Made by a program: the position numbers and the translations under genes
Assembly: GCA_035221665.1 (NCBI GenBank)
Contig: CM069147.1
Location: forward strand, 11,036,001 to 11,100,000
From: Okamejei kenojei
Lineage: Eukaryota
Reading direction: 5' to 3'
Length of the DNA: 64,000 nt
Shown: positions 25,095 to 37,419 of the stretch, in pieces
Position numbering within the stretch: position 1 is the stretch's first letter
Layout: every line of letters starts with the position of its first letter
The notes under the pieces: generated by a model
Database searches by the model: none
Seen by the model: only the letters and a program-made list of their open reading frames with translations
Told to the model about the DNA's origin: nothing

Positions 25095-25372
25095 TACCCA
25101 GGTTTGGGGAATCAAGCTCTCGATGGCATAGGTTTAAGGTAAGGGGAAAGATCTAATAGGAACCCGAGGGGGACTTTTCCAGATGGTGGTGGGTTTATGA
25201 AATGAGCTGCCAGAGGAAGTGGTTGAGGCTGGAATAGTGATGGTGAAGGACAGTTGAACAGGTACTTGGATAGGAATAATTTTGAAAGATATGGGACTGG
25301 TTTAAATGATCATCTTGGTCAATGTGGAATAGTTGGGCTGAAGGGCATGTTTCCATGCTGTTTGATTCTATA
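25095..25372 (+). mobile_element. CR1 3' fragment
   Basis: ggcataggtttaaggtaaggggaaag...aatgagctgccagaggaagtggttgagg followed by the tail gggctgaagggcatgtttccatgctg. Confidence 0.75.
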
Positions 25373-26068
25373 GATACTCAAATGTTTGACTTCTAGATGT
25401 GCTGCAGAAGAAGCTGAGACATCAGGCTATGTATGCATTAAAAATGGAGCTTCCCTTGTATCCTGGGGAAATTGGGCTCCAGGCTGTGCATAAAGTTCTG
25501 TCCAATGATGGTGCTGGATTATCTTACCTATAAGCCTGACATGACACCAGGGATACCATTGTATGTGGCCATTTCCCTTATGGACTGCAGCATCAAAGTC
25601 TTTGTCCAGGTAACAGGCACTTGGATTATTAGGGAACAAACTGGGATGTAAGAATGAGGATTAAATACAACACCGCCATCGTCTTCAGTGGTCTTGAAGT
25701 CACAACCCCCATGAACATTGTCATGGTGACTTCATGTTGAATAATCTTGTCCATATGGTAAGATCCAGTAGGATCCGAATCCTGTTACTCTGTTGCTGCA
25801 TGTGCTTATTGTGCACCACATTGTTCTGAAAGAGAGAATTGTACTTTGTGATATGTCAGACCCAGTTAGACGTATTACTGGCAATGTGTGCTCATGGACA
25901 ATGTGAGAGGGTGGCACTTCTAGGGTAGGGGGGAAGCAGGAGGGTAAGCAGAAAAGGCACAGGATCATATTCCAGCTGAAGTTGCTGTTTAACCAACTTT
26001 CTAATTAGAAATCATCTGAATTTGATGTGAAATTGGAGTGCTTAAAATGTTTTCTTGTTTTGTTTCAG

Positions 26069-26241
26069 CATTGACTGTGCAGGAATTTTGAAACTTCGCA
26101 ACTCTGATATAGAACTTCGCAAAGGAGAGACTGATATTGGCAGAAAAAATACAAGGGTTCGCCTTGTTTTCCGTGTGCATATCCCACAGCCCAATGGAAA
26201 AGTTGTCTCACTGCAAGCATCTTCCATTCCTGTTGAATGCT
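26069..26241 (+). CDS. NFATC3: NFATC3 coding exon (probably exon 5), RHD
   Basis: tgtttcag|c acceptor, tgct|gttagt donor, 173 bp, phase 2 to 1. Encodes (S)[41 protein letters not shown]...PVEC. Confidence 0.98.
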
Positions 26242-27226
26242 GTTAGTATGAAATTTATTTCCATCCATTTTTTTTCTGTATAGTTTTTCTTCATAATTTC
26301 AGATATTATTGTGTTGGCAATCTGCTTTGTTTGGATGGACCTCACTGTATAGATTGTGTGCCTTCTGCAACATAATGAGCATGTTGGAGATGAGCTTTAG
26401 GAGAAATGTTTCCTTCATTTGACTTCAACCCCTGATTTCCCCGCCTTGAAATGTACCAATTTACTGATGAACACTCGTCAAAATGAGTTCATAAATATAA
26501 TTACCATACCAAACAATTGCCATATAGTAAGAAGAAAGTAGAAAAGTAGGCTGGCCTTTTAACGTCAAATAGCTGGGATTTAGGACTCATTACATGGAGC
26601 ATTGTGAAGTGAATCCGAACAACATTATCTTGGCCACTGCATCTAGATACTCTATAGCTGGGTGGGTATTTCTGCTAATTTCTTTTGAGTATGAAATGCA
26701 ACTATTAACACGCAAGCAATATCACAAACTTAATGCAACTGCTGTTTATTGTGGGTTTGAACATGAACTTACTGCCTCTAATTAGACATTTCGAGTGCTT
26801 CTCGTGCTTGATAATTAGTGAAAATAAATTCACTAAGAAGCACTGTCACATCTTTCAGATGAGTTCAGTAATGATTGAATTTGTTTCTTCTATCAAGTAG
26901 CATTCTAAAACCTGCTAAAGTTGTTTCCTTCTGATTGGATTTGCTTTAAATGAGCATATTATAACCGTGAACATTTTCCTGTCATCTTAATTGCCAATAA
27001 ATATCAACAGGATTTCATGAGATATTTGCATGCAAGCTTTTTTAATTCTTGAAGAGCGCATGATTATTAAGGCTGGAAAAATAAGTTGAAGCTGATTTCT
27101 GTGTACATATAAAAAAATCTGTGTACTTAATTTTTTTTGAAATTATGTAAGAATTGATGCCTTAAATTCAATATTATTTCCGTATTCAGTATATGTTTGG
27201 TAATTTCAATAATCTGATTAAAACAG

Positions 27227-27367
27227 CCCAACGATCTGCCCAGGAACTCCCTCAGATTGAAAAGTACAGCATCAATTCATGTTCCGTCACTGGTGGAGAA
27301 GAAATGATTGTCAATGGTTTCAATTTTCTTCCGGAGTCTAAGGTTATCTTCCTTGAAAAGGGCCCAG
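27227..27367 (+). CDS. NFATC3: NFATC3 coding exon (probably exon 6), start of IPT domain
   Basis: aaacag|cc acceptor, cag|gtatgt donor, 141 bp, phase 1 to 1. Encodes (S)[26 protein letters not shown]...[11 protein letters not shown]. Confidence 0.97.
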
Positions 27368-27619
27368 GTATGTGAAATATAATACTAAGCTATATATATA
27401 TTTGCATTACAAAAAATGGTGCAAATATGCTTTTCTCTGTTAATACACCTATTTATGTTTAAAACTGGTTCTCTCTTCCTTGGTTATCCTTTGCTCATTT
27501 TGGATAAGAGCATATCAGATGGAATATATTTTATCATCTGTTAACCAGAACTAATTGGCTATGCTCTTACAATGTCATTACTTTGGCTATTTTAGATTAA
27601 TTCAGCTACATTGATTGTT

Positions 27620-28075
27620 TGGAAGGGTGTAAAGGCTTTGAGGAGGGTGCTGAAATGGTTCAGAATTATAAAATCTGGGGGGGGGGGGGGGGGGGGGGAA
27701 ATAATGGTCTGCAAGAAGAGGTTGGGCAGATTGATTGTTTTCTGCTGAGCATCAAAATCTGAGGGGAAACCATAATAGAAGTTTATGAAACTATACGTGG
27801 CATTAGAGTCTTTCTCCAAGGATAGTGAGGTCAATTATCAAAGGGCATAGCTTTAAGGCAAAGGGGAAAAGTTTAAAAGAGAACTACGAGGCATGTTTTT
27901 TACAAGGTGGCAGGCGCCTGGAATGCACCACCAACGAGGGTGCTGTAAGCAGACATGATAGTGATGTTTAAGAGACATTTAGACAGGCACATGAGCAGAG
28001 TGAAAGAGACCATGTGAGGGCAGATGGGGTTAGTTTAATTTGGTATCATGGTTCACTGTTCTGTTACATTTTATG
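27620..28075 (+). mobile_element. Decayed CR1 3' fragment containing a G22 run
   Basis: ggctttggaggagggtgc ... aagggcatagctttaagg ... gcctggaatgcac. Confidence 0.65.
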
Positions 28076-29486
28076 ATATGCTCATTGTTTCTCTTCTATC
28101 TGAACATACAAATAAGTGGCGGATCATTGCTGTGGCACATAATGACTTGGCAAGTTTAACCTGACATGAGTTTGGTGGAAAATGTCAAGAAATTGCAGTT
28201 AAATAATACTAGTACGGTCTGTAAATCTTGTTTTATGAGTCAAGGGTTTGATAATGCGAGTATGTTTGTAAGCGCAATGAACATTAATGTTCAATTGCCA
28301 TACCTTGAAGTAAAACTTCGATTCAGGCCACACAAGTGCTGCAAAAGTTCAGGTCAAGCACAATCATACAGGCTTGCATGGAGTTCTGAACTTCTGTTCA
28401 TTTACACAGGCAAAAGAAGGCAGTTCCATGAAGAAGTGCTGCCTTTTTAGTAAAGTTTTATACTTATGTAAAGAATTTAAAAATCCAAAGTGATAGGCAC
28501 TAAAATATAAGTGCACTAGCTTGTTATTTTGTCTCTTTTAATTATAAGTAATTGGTTGTTGTAAATAAATGAATAAGTACTTAATAATCACTTAAAAAAA
28601 ATGTAAATATACTCATTTTCCCTCTTTAAATATCTTTAAAAAGGAAGCTGCAAAGAATATGTGATGGATTTGGGTGATTGTAAGCTTACTGTTAACACAC
28701 ACTTTTATGTATTGTATCAGGATATTTTCATCAGATTAGAGAATCTGAAAAATAATGGGAACAATACAATGGCAATATTTTATCTGACCTAGATTTGGAA
28801 GCTTCAGGCTTAATGCAATCTGCATCCAGGAAACAACATTTAAATTATGAATGTTTCTGTTGTTTACTTATAGTTGTCAGATGGTACTACTTTACTAGGC
28901 TGGGCAGTTTTAATCGGAAACATTACTAGATTGAATTACATGGTAAACCATTCTGGTTATTTAAAACAGCATGTTATTTATCCTGGCATGAAAGTGCCTT
29001 GAGAAAAGTTCTAGTTGAGTGATTTCTCCATGTAACACTTTTTCTGATGCATCACATTTATATTTGATGTTCCACCACTAATACAGATCATTATTCTTCC
29101 ATAATACAGAAAGTCAAAATCATTTGTAATCTATTATTGTCCAATTAATATATTTACACTTTTGAGCAGGAAAAAAACAGACTGTTCATAGTTCGCACTT
29201 TTTTTGGTAGCTGTCGAGTGAATTTGTACTTTAAGAAGCAGCATAACAAATTATGAGAAAGCTGTTAACATTAGCTACTGTTCAAAATGCCCATCATTGT
29301 TTCTGCATATATCCAGGTCCCTCTCCCCCATGTCTGGTGCTTGAGTGCATAATGTGAAGGTGTGGTGATAATTCCAGCTCACATGGACAGATTTTGGATG
29401 CTCCTCAGAGTTCGAGATATGTCAGGGGGGCTACACTTTTTGGAGATATAAGGAACCCTTGGTGCTGGTTTATATATATTTTTTAA

Positions 29487-29575
29487 AGACAGTGCTGAAG
29501 TATCTCAGCAGGTCAGGCAGACCTCTGGAGAACATGGGTAGGTGACGTTTCAGGTCAGGACCCTCTTGAGACTCC
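29487..29575 (-). mobile_element. Penelope terminal-repeat fragment (degenerate hammerhead)
   Basis: Reverse complement reads agtctcaagagggtcctgacctgaaacgtcacctacccatgttctccag. Confidence 0.75.
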
Positions 29576-29739
29576 TGAACAGCTGATGAAATGACACCAG
29601 TAAGATATTTCCATATGAACCAGTTTAAGAACTTAAAATAACAATTCATGGGTGAAAGGGAAAGTTTTGTAAATTATCGATACTTTGTACAAACATCTAA
29701 TTTCTTACCATGAATAATGAAAATCTAGTTAGAGTTATA

Positions 29740-29975
29740 ACCACACATTGCGGAAACGAGCCTTTCAGCCCAAATTGCCCATGCCAACCAAGATGCCCAT
29801 ACTCCACTTGTCCCACCTGCCTGTGTTTGGCACATATCCCTCTAAATCTTTTCCATCCATGGACCTGTCCAAATGTCTTTTTAGTTGAAGACGGACACAG
29901 AAGGCAGGAGTAACTCAGTGGGTCAGGCAGCATCTATGGAGAAAAATAATATGTGATGTTTTGGATCAAGGGCCT
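29740..29975 (-). mobile_element. CR1 tail joined to a Penelope terminal fragment
   Basis: cctttcagcccaaattgcccatgcc...cacatatccctctaaa, then ggagtaactcagtgggtcaggcagcatct. Confidence 0.7.
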
Positions 29976-30884
29976 GTGTCACATAAGGCACAATAAGGAT
30001 CTATTGATACGTTGATCAGGGGAGAAACTGGTATAGTGCGTGCCAGCATATGCAGCCGCAATTAAACTATTGACTTGGAGTCATAGCACGCCTCTGACTC
30101 CTATTAACTGCAGTCCATATTTGACAAGTTGCGAAGCAGAATTAAACATGTCCAGTGACGTGGACTTTACTTTAACAAAACGTGGACCACAAAAACTTGA
30201 GTACCATAAAAGTGCAACTAACTTTCTAATGCACTCTATTGTCTGGCTTAAGAATGACTTCAGTTATTCACATTTCATACGGTCAGGTTGGATAGGAGAG
30301 AAGCAGAAGTCAAGAATTAAAGAATGTTGGGCAAAAGCGTTTCAATGCCATAACACATGTAGTGAGTTGTTGGGGTGGGATGAAGGAGTAGTAAGAGATG
30401 TTAGAGTGAGTTTCAATATGCATGAATATTCATAAACTGACAACATTGCCTGCTGCTATATATCCCTGTTGCACTAAAATTGTGGGATTCCAAAAAAAAG
30501 TGATTTCTAATTATCACGAGCATACATTGAAAATGGGTCTAATTAATGGTCACTTCCATGGGCCCAAGGACCTGTTTCCGTGCTACATGGCTAATTGTCA
30601 TATGTACCCGATAACGGAACAGTGAAATTCTTACTTGGTGCAGGTTTTCATTACTGTTAATGCAATAACACGTAGATAATAATATAATATGTAATGATCG
30701 TTACACAATAAATAAATAACCTTCAAACTAGGTAAGCATATTATGTAAAACCAAAGTCCACAGTGCAACAAAGACACAGTCCATAGAACCAGTTACTGAG
30801 TTTAGTGTGTAATGGTTTGTAAGTAGCTATTCTTGAACCTGGTGGTCATGGTTTTCAGGCTCCTGTACCAACTTCTCAATGTTA

Positions 30885-31019
30885 CATCACCGTCTATATC
30901 TCTCGTTTCCCTGATCCCTGACCAGTCTGAAGAAGGGTCTCGACCCGAAACGTCGCCTATCTCCTTCGCTCCTTAGATGCTGCTGCACCCGCTGAGTTTC
31001 TCCAGCTTTTTGTGTACCC
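30885..31019 (+). mobile_element. 135-bp solo Penelope terminal repeat with 11-bp TSD
   Basis: tctcaatgtta at 30874-30884 and 31020-31030; the insert is nearly identical to the reverse complement of 16685-16818. Confidence 0.9.
30925..30956 (+). ncRNA. Minimal type I hammerhead ribozyme motif (PLE-associated)
   Basis: CTGAAGA (30927-33), extra A, stem II GGGT-ctcg-ACCC, GAAA (30947-50), CG, TC. Palindromic ACGT takes the place of stem III; stem I is only about 2 bp. Confidence 0.7.
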
Positions 31020-31444
31020 TCTCAATGTTAGTAATGGAATGAATGGGTGCTGTGGGTCTTTGATATTGGCTGCCTTTTTGAGGCAGCGCCTCCTATAGAC
31101 TCCTTTGTTTATTGCCGTCTGCAATCACAAAATAGAATCTTGCGCTAAGTGTAATCTTGCGCCTTGAATTGGGTGTTATGTTCCCATGAATATTGACCAT
31201 GTCATACCATTGTTTCTTAAATTTAAAAAAATCACTTTTTGGTCATTAAAAAATCTATCAATCATGTCCCATTTTAACACGGTTAACTTTTAACATTGGT
31301 CTTTTTTTTTTCCTTTGCTTTTTTGGGGTAAAATAACCCCAATCTAAATAATGGAATACTTGTGGATAAGTGCTGCAGTGTCACACCTCACAGCATTAGA
31401 ATGGCTTCACTGAACTCGGTGTAAAACCTGACTCCTGTATTAAG

Positions 31445-31530
31445 GATAGACACCAAGTGCTGGAGTAACTCAGTGTCTCTGAAGAAAAACGATGGGTGAC
31501 GTTTCGGGTTGTGACCCTTTCTCAGTCTGA
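31445..31530 (-). mobile_element. Penelope terminal-repeat fragment
   Basis: Reverse complement reads ctgagaaagggtcacaacccgaaacgtcaccc...gagttactccagcac. Confidence 0.75.
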
Positions 31531-32637
31531 AAGGGGGGAGGGGGAGGTGAAGATCTGGAGGGCTAAAATAGATATTTGAGGAAGCACTGCAATTGGATCA
31601 TATAGATATAACATTAGAACTGTAAAACGCAAAATGCCTAACAAATATCTGCTGCTGAGTTAGTTATCTCAGCAATTTGCATTGGCCCCCACTTCTCCTA
31701 TTTCAGAAACTTATGGTGACTTGTTAAATGTACAGATAATATAAAATAGATATACTTGGGTCTGGAGAGAAAGCTACCAAACTGCAAAATGTTTCAGACA
31801 GTACATGTTTGTACAGTTTCTGCTCGTACCACACTGTAAGAATTGTTTCAGATGTTAGAATACAAGGAAACCATTCAAAAAGCAAAAGGAGTTCAGAGAG
31901 AAGTCACCCACAGTCCCCTGTGTCAGAAGATGTAGTCGGTAGAAGAGGCCTGAAGCTTTGATTTTGATATTTGAGGGGATGCAATCAGGGAAATTATGAG
32001 GGAATGTTTTTTTCCCCCGGTGGATAAGCTAAGGTTAGTTGTAAGAACAATGATCTCTTGTATCAGATGTTACATATAGAAATTACAAATTAATTTAGAA
32101 TAAATTTTTTAATGTAGTTATTTTTCCAAACTTTAATGTTCAAGGAATGAAATCTAAATAAATGTTCCACCTGCATTTCCCAAGAATAAATATGATTAAC
32201 AATATGAGGATCGATTTGGCCATTTTTATTTTAATTTTTCATATTTGGAGAGCCTGTCTCCAGAGAATTATCATAAAAGCTTAAGGCCTGTTTACAGACT
32301 AAAACATTTTTGTTTGGAGTATTAGTCTCATTTGCCCTCCCCCCCTTTTTTTTAAAAACTGCCTACTTTCAGAAACACAAAATTCTAATGCTATCCCTTG
32401 TGTAATATAAAGCACATTGTTTTTAAACCATGTACTTTGCTTAATTGAAGTACTTTGAAAATATGAGCTGAAAAATGAAGAAACAAATCTCTTTGTTAAA
32501 AGTGCATTTTCTACAAAAAATGATTTGGCGCATACTATTATTTTATTCTCTGCCTTTGTCCCCATACATATCGGGGTGTTACACTTTGATTCTGGTCTAC
32601 ATTGAGTAAATGGATCCAATAATGGATCCAATAAATC

Positions 32638-32790
32638 AGACAAACTGCTGGAGGAACTTTGTGGGTCAGGCAGCATCTGTGGAAGGAAATAGAAAAACAT
32701 TATTTCCAAGACATCGCTTATCCGTTACTACCACAGATGCTGCAGCTTATGTTATTTTATAATCAAGATTCCAACATCAGCAGTCTTGTA
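32638..32790. mobile_element. Inverted pair of Penelope terminal fragments
   Basis: gcagcatctgtgg ... ccacagatgctgc. Confidence 0.6.
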
Positions 32791-33214
32791 ACTCAATGTC
32801 TGAGTCACCCTGACTCTGTTGATAGCGTGGCTCCGAAGTCAAAAGATTTTGGACTCTTCTTTCTGTGGTCATGCGGATCAGATGTAAGCCATGAACAGGG
32901 CAGGAGATGTGAATTAATGCATTGAACTGGAAGTGCCATTCTTATAATGAAACATGAAACAAAACAAAAGCTCATTTTGCCTATTCAAGTGTTGTGTTTT
33001 GACTGAGTAATAAATATGTACTAAATAGTTGTTGAGAAATATGGAAAGCACTGTATTAATGTTAGCCGATGTGGAAGCATCTACATGCGCACATTCTTCT
33101 CTCCACCGCAACAAACAAACAGACGCAACCATGTGGGCATTTGTGCCCCCCCCCCCCATGCTCCTACTCATTTCCAACCCCTCACATAAATTACCTAAAA
33201 TAGGTGCATGTTGC

Positions 33215-33698
33215 CACATAAAGAAAGGGAGCAGATTTAAGCCATTCAGACCATCAAGTCTACTCCGCCATTCAATCATGTCTGATCTATCTTGCCCTCC
33301 TAACCCTATTCTCCTGCCTTCCCCCCCCCCCCCCCCCCCATAACCCCTGGCGCCCGTATTAATCAAAAATCTATCTATTTCTGCCTTAAAAATATCAATT
33401 GACTTGGCCTCCACAGCCTTCTGTGGCAAAGAATTCCACAGATTTACCACCCTTCGATTAAAGAAATTCCCCCTCATCTCCTTCCTAAAAGAACGTCCTT
33501 TTCATTCTGAGGCTATGACCTTTAGTCCTAGACTCCCACTAGTGGAAACATCCTCTCCACATCCACTCTATCCAAGCCTATGTATGTTTCAATGTGGTCC
33601 CCCCACATTCTTCTAAACTCCAGCGAGTACAGGCCCAGTGCTGTCAAATGCTCATTGTATGTTAAACCACTCATTCCTGGGATCATTCTTGTAAACCT
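33215..33698 (-). mobile_element. CR1 3' fragment
   Basis: ORFs RFTRMIPGMSGLTY...LGLYSLEFRRM and NFFNRRVVNLWNSLPQKAVEA. Confidence 0.9.
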
Positions 33699-34096
33699 AT
33701 GTGAGTGACCCATTGCCTCAAGGCCACTTTATTAACTGATTTCCTTGTCGGCAATCCACAAAATTATCCAACTCTAGTCTTGAATATGTCCATCAACTGC
33801 TCATCCAGTGTTCCTTACATTGCACCTCATCTTGTTTTCCACGTGCACTTTTCCATCTTCAATATTAGCTTCACACTAAATGGAGATGTTCGGTCGTTGG
33901 GTTCATACAGATGCACCTGCACTTTCTCATCTTGCCCAAATACATATGTACACAGTTTCACATCCTGCTCCCCTCGCATGCACACAGATTTGGTGAAGTT
34001 TCCATGGATGCTCAGTATTGCAAGTCTTTATCAGTTGCATAGATGCAGTGTTATTTGGTTAGAGGTAAAGTTGATTATTTGTATGTGTTCCCTCAG

Positions 34097-34152
34097 ATGG
34101 ACGTCCTCAGTGGGAGGTCGAAGGCAAAATTCTCAGGGAGAAATTTCAAGGG
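34097..34152 (+). CDS. NFATC3: NFATC3 small coding exon (probably exon 7), absent from the ORF track
   Basis: ttccctcag|at acceptor, ggg|gtaaga donor, 56 bp, phase 1 to 0. Encodes (D)GRPQWEVEGKILREKFQG. Confidence 0.96.
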
Positions 34153-34781
34153 GTAAGATATATAATTTTCTATTTAAATAGTATTTTCAAAATATATGTC
34201 TCTTGTCCCTCAGGAGATTTTACTACAGTTTGAATTGTTTACCCAAATAGCTAAATGTGTGAACACTGAGGCTCAAAGCAGATTTTGATTGTACTAATTT
34301 CAATAAACTAAATTCATTTGGAACTTGAATCTTTCATTAAAATTGATTATTTTGATTGCTGTAAGACTTTAATCCTGTTCATTATCTTAAGAGCTGAGGG
34401 AATTGATTATGATGTCAAATGTTGACTTTAATTTCAACAGGTTTTCAGTTTTTTTAATTGCTAGCAAATTATAGTCATTGTTATAGCTCGAATATTTTGT
34501 GACGTGGATAAAGCTTATTTTTGCATACAAATTCTGAATGTTCCAAACATAAATTTGACGATTTGGTGCTTTTCTCATTATTTTAAAATTATAGGTTCAG
34601 TTTTATTCTTACTCTGCCCACCTCCAAAACTTATTCCACGAACTGTTCTTATAGTTTTTTAAATTTATTTTTTGGTGTAATATGCATAAAGCCCCTTGAT
34701 GATGGATGGAATGTACTATTTTATTCAAGCCTAAGTAATGGATTGTTCTTGAACTTATTCTTCAAAGTTATTTTGTTTCAG

Positions 34782-34908
34782 GTTAATCTTGTTGTTGAAG
34801 TTCCTCCTTACCATAATAAAAATATTACATCTGCAGTTCAAGTACAATTTTATGTTTGCAATGGGAAGAGAAAAAGAAGTCAGTCCCAACGCTTCTCTTA
34901 CATGCCAG
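34782..34908 (+). CDS. NFATC3: NFATC3 coding exon (probably exon 8), end of IPT domain with NLS
   Basis: tgtttcag|gtt acceptor, cag|gtaaat donor, 127 bp, phase 0 to 1. Encodes [13 protein letters not shown]...[22 protein letters not shown]. Confidence 0.97.
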
Positions 34909-35149
34909 GTAAATCAGTTATTTCACTTGGTTACACTTTGAAAACACAGATGTGGGGAAGAGGGTAATTTCTCTGCAACAGTGAGTTGGAGTAAAAAATG
35001 TTTATTCATTCGGTACTAATTCTAGAAGCTGTCCTTCTATTAAAGTGGGCAATGTTTTTTTATTAATGTGGCACAAAGCAGACAATTGTACTGTGTTTGC
35101 TCAAATTTCTCAAATTGGACACTGAACACAGACGGCTTTCTCCACAAAA

Positions 35150-35282
35150 ATGGATTTTTCTGCGATTTCCCCTCTCATTCCAAAGACATATGGGTTTGTA
35201 GCTTAATTGGCCTCTAAGTTGCCCCTCGTGTGAAGGGAGTAGATGGCAGCACAGTGGCACAACGGTAGAATTGCTGCCTTTG
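35150..35282 (+). mobile_element. Rearranged V-SINE fragments
   Basis: A V-core-like segment followed by the SINE head ggcagcacagtggcacaacggtagaattgctgcct. Confidence 0.6.
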
Positions 35283-37107
35283 TATTTGCAAGATGCTTGG
35301 TAGGGGAGAAAAGAGTGACTGCAAATGACAAATTATTTTTCAAATATCAGATTTAATATTTAAGAAGATTCGGTGTTTTTCTCCCATTTTATGAAGCTCT
35401 GTCAGTAAAAAAAATAATTTTTCCTAAAATGGGTAAGCCAAACTTTAGGGGAGCAGTTAATTTGTTTATTTCACTGCAATTTTATTCTCCAATCAATATT
35501 ATTAGTTTTTTAGGAAAGCAATTCTATATGTCTTACGTTGTGTATTTTGTAGGAGACTATAGACTAATAACAAACAATAGTGAATGACAGTATAATACAA
35601 GATACTTGCAAATGAGCCAAGCCATTACTTTCACCGTAGTTTATGCAGGAAGATCTTGTATTTTAATGTACAATTGCTCACACGCTGTATCAGAAAGCGT
35701 TAGAATTTTGCTGGTAGCGAGTTTCTTTACAATGTGTAGAAGGGTGCCTGGTATTTATCATTCACGAATTGTATTAGTGAGAGTCATGCATGGGTCAAGG
35801 AGTATCACTGCCAAATCAGACTCTGGTGATTTCCAATCACTGGTGCCAAGGTGGTTCCCCACTGACATATCAGTCACTTACCCAGTCTCATTTCCCAAGA
35901 AGAGGTCAAGTCTAAACTTGGTTCACTAACTAATTTCCCAGCCTCTTGGTAGAACTGAGCAAAAAATATCTATTGGGATGCTATGCAAGTGAGATGACAC
36001 TGATAATAAGATGTCGGCTGCAGGAGTACCAAAGTATAGATGGAATATGTGAACCACTTAATTCCTTGTCCAATGGGCAAAAGTGAATCTTCCCGTTCTG
36101 TCTGTTAGTGTGTAAAATGTCCTAAGTTTCTTTGTGGAACAATAAAATAATGAGTTATTTCACTAAAGCTGAATGCATATTATGCAGCCCACAATATGAA
36201 TATTTCCTGCTTTCATTGTAAGAAACATGTACTGGTCCAATGGTGGATCAGGGCAGGTGTTGGCAGGAAGTGGCTTGTACTGCTGAGCAGGAACCAGTTA
36301 TTATCTATAAACCACTGTCTCCTGCTAAACCAAGTGACAGAAGCTGAGGCTTGAACTAGTCAGAAATTGTTTGCTGCTAACTACAGAGTATGTGTGGGTG
36401 TATGGCACCCAAAGCCGTAGGAAAATGGTGCAAGAAAAACTTGCATTGTCCTCGCGTTATTTTAAGCTCTCAACAAACACCATTGCTTGAAATATCTTCC
36501 CATTTGATAATTATTTGGTTACAAAGAATAAGTTGTAGCTTAATATCTGGTTGAGGATATTTTGCTTCTAACTGGCTCATGCATGTCTTACTCGCACCTT
36601 TCTGAGAGGTTGTTACAAATATTTAATCGGGTAGGATGAGAGAAGTTTTGAATGGAAGTAGCACAGTAAAAGAGGATGTTTTAAGAAGTTTAGCATCTTT
36701 GAAAGAAGAGAATGCACCAAGGTCAGATGAAAGATATTCCAAGTCATTAAAAGCAAGGGGGGAAATTGCAGAAAATATGACCATAATTCTTCAGATCTTC
36801 CAGATTGTTATACTGAGACTTGGACTCCTTTGTGTGAGATGCTCTAGCAGATTGAAACGGCATTCTGCAGCCTTTCTTCTCCCTTTCAAAATCTTATGCA
36901 TGCTGCTTCTTACCTTGAGTCCCCCTGTCCTCTCTCCCTCCCCCACCCCCGCCCTCACTCGTCCATATATTCCCTCCACCCCCACTAAATCACATTTAGA
37001 GTGGTGCCATGAGAATAGAGAACTTCAAACATTTGTTTTTAAAAAAAAGGAAAAATGATTCAAATAATTACTGAGCAGTAACTAACTACATTTAGGTATA
37101 GACTGTA

Positions 37108-37274
37108 GAAGCAAAGAACTGCGGGTGCTGGTTAATACACAAAAGGGCACAAAGTGCTGGAGCAACTCAGCAGGCCAGGCCGCATCTCTGGAGAACATGT
37201 ACAAATTGCTGGAATAATGTTCTCCACAGATGCTGTCTGACCTGCTGAGTTTTTCCAGCACTTTGTGTCCTTTT
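37108..37274. mobile_element. Palindromic (inverted) pair of Penelope terminal repeats
   Basis: Arms 37141-37198 and 37217-37274 are near-perfect reverse complements. Confidence 0.85.
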
Positions 37275-37419
37275 TCTAGGTACAGATTATTGGAAACTAT
37301 GCAATTAGAAATTGATGCATTTGGAGAAGTGCAACAAGGCCAGTGAACATGTGAAAAATGGAAGGATATTGAGTGTTGTGAATGAACAAACATTTCTTAA
37401 TATTTATATCCAGGGGTGT

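Larger units (their letters stand above)
30590..31110 (-). mobile_element. Rex1/Babar-type LINE 3' fragment, host of the nested insertion
   Basis: attgtcatatgtacc...cagtgaaattcttactt tail and ttcttgaacctggtggtcatggttttcaggctcctgtacc; homologous to 48645-49330. Confidence 0.7.

Noticed and set aside
26242-27226. U12-type (minor) intron, suggested by the missing polypyrimidine tract
   Set aside because: The donor GTTAGT does not match RTATCCTT, and there is no TCCTTAAC branch site near the AG.
34909-34967. Short isoform by read-through after the IPT exon (GKSVISLG...RG*)
   Set aside because: No nearby canonical poly(A) signal was seen, and an open tail of this length is expected by chance.
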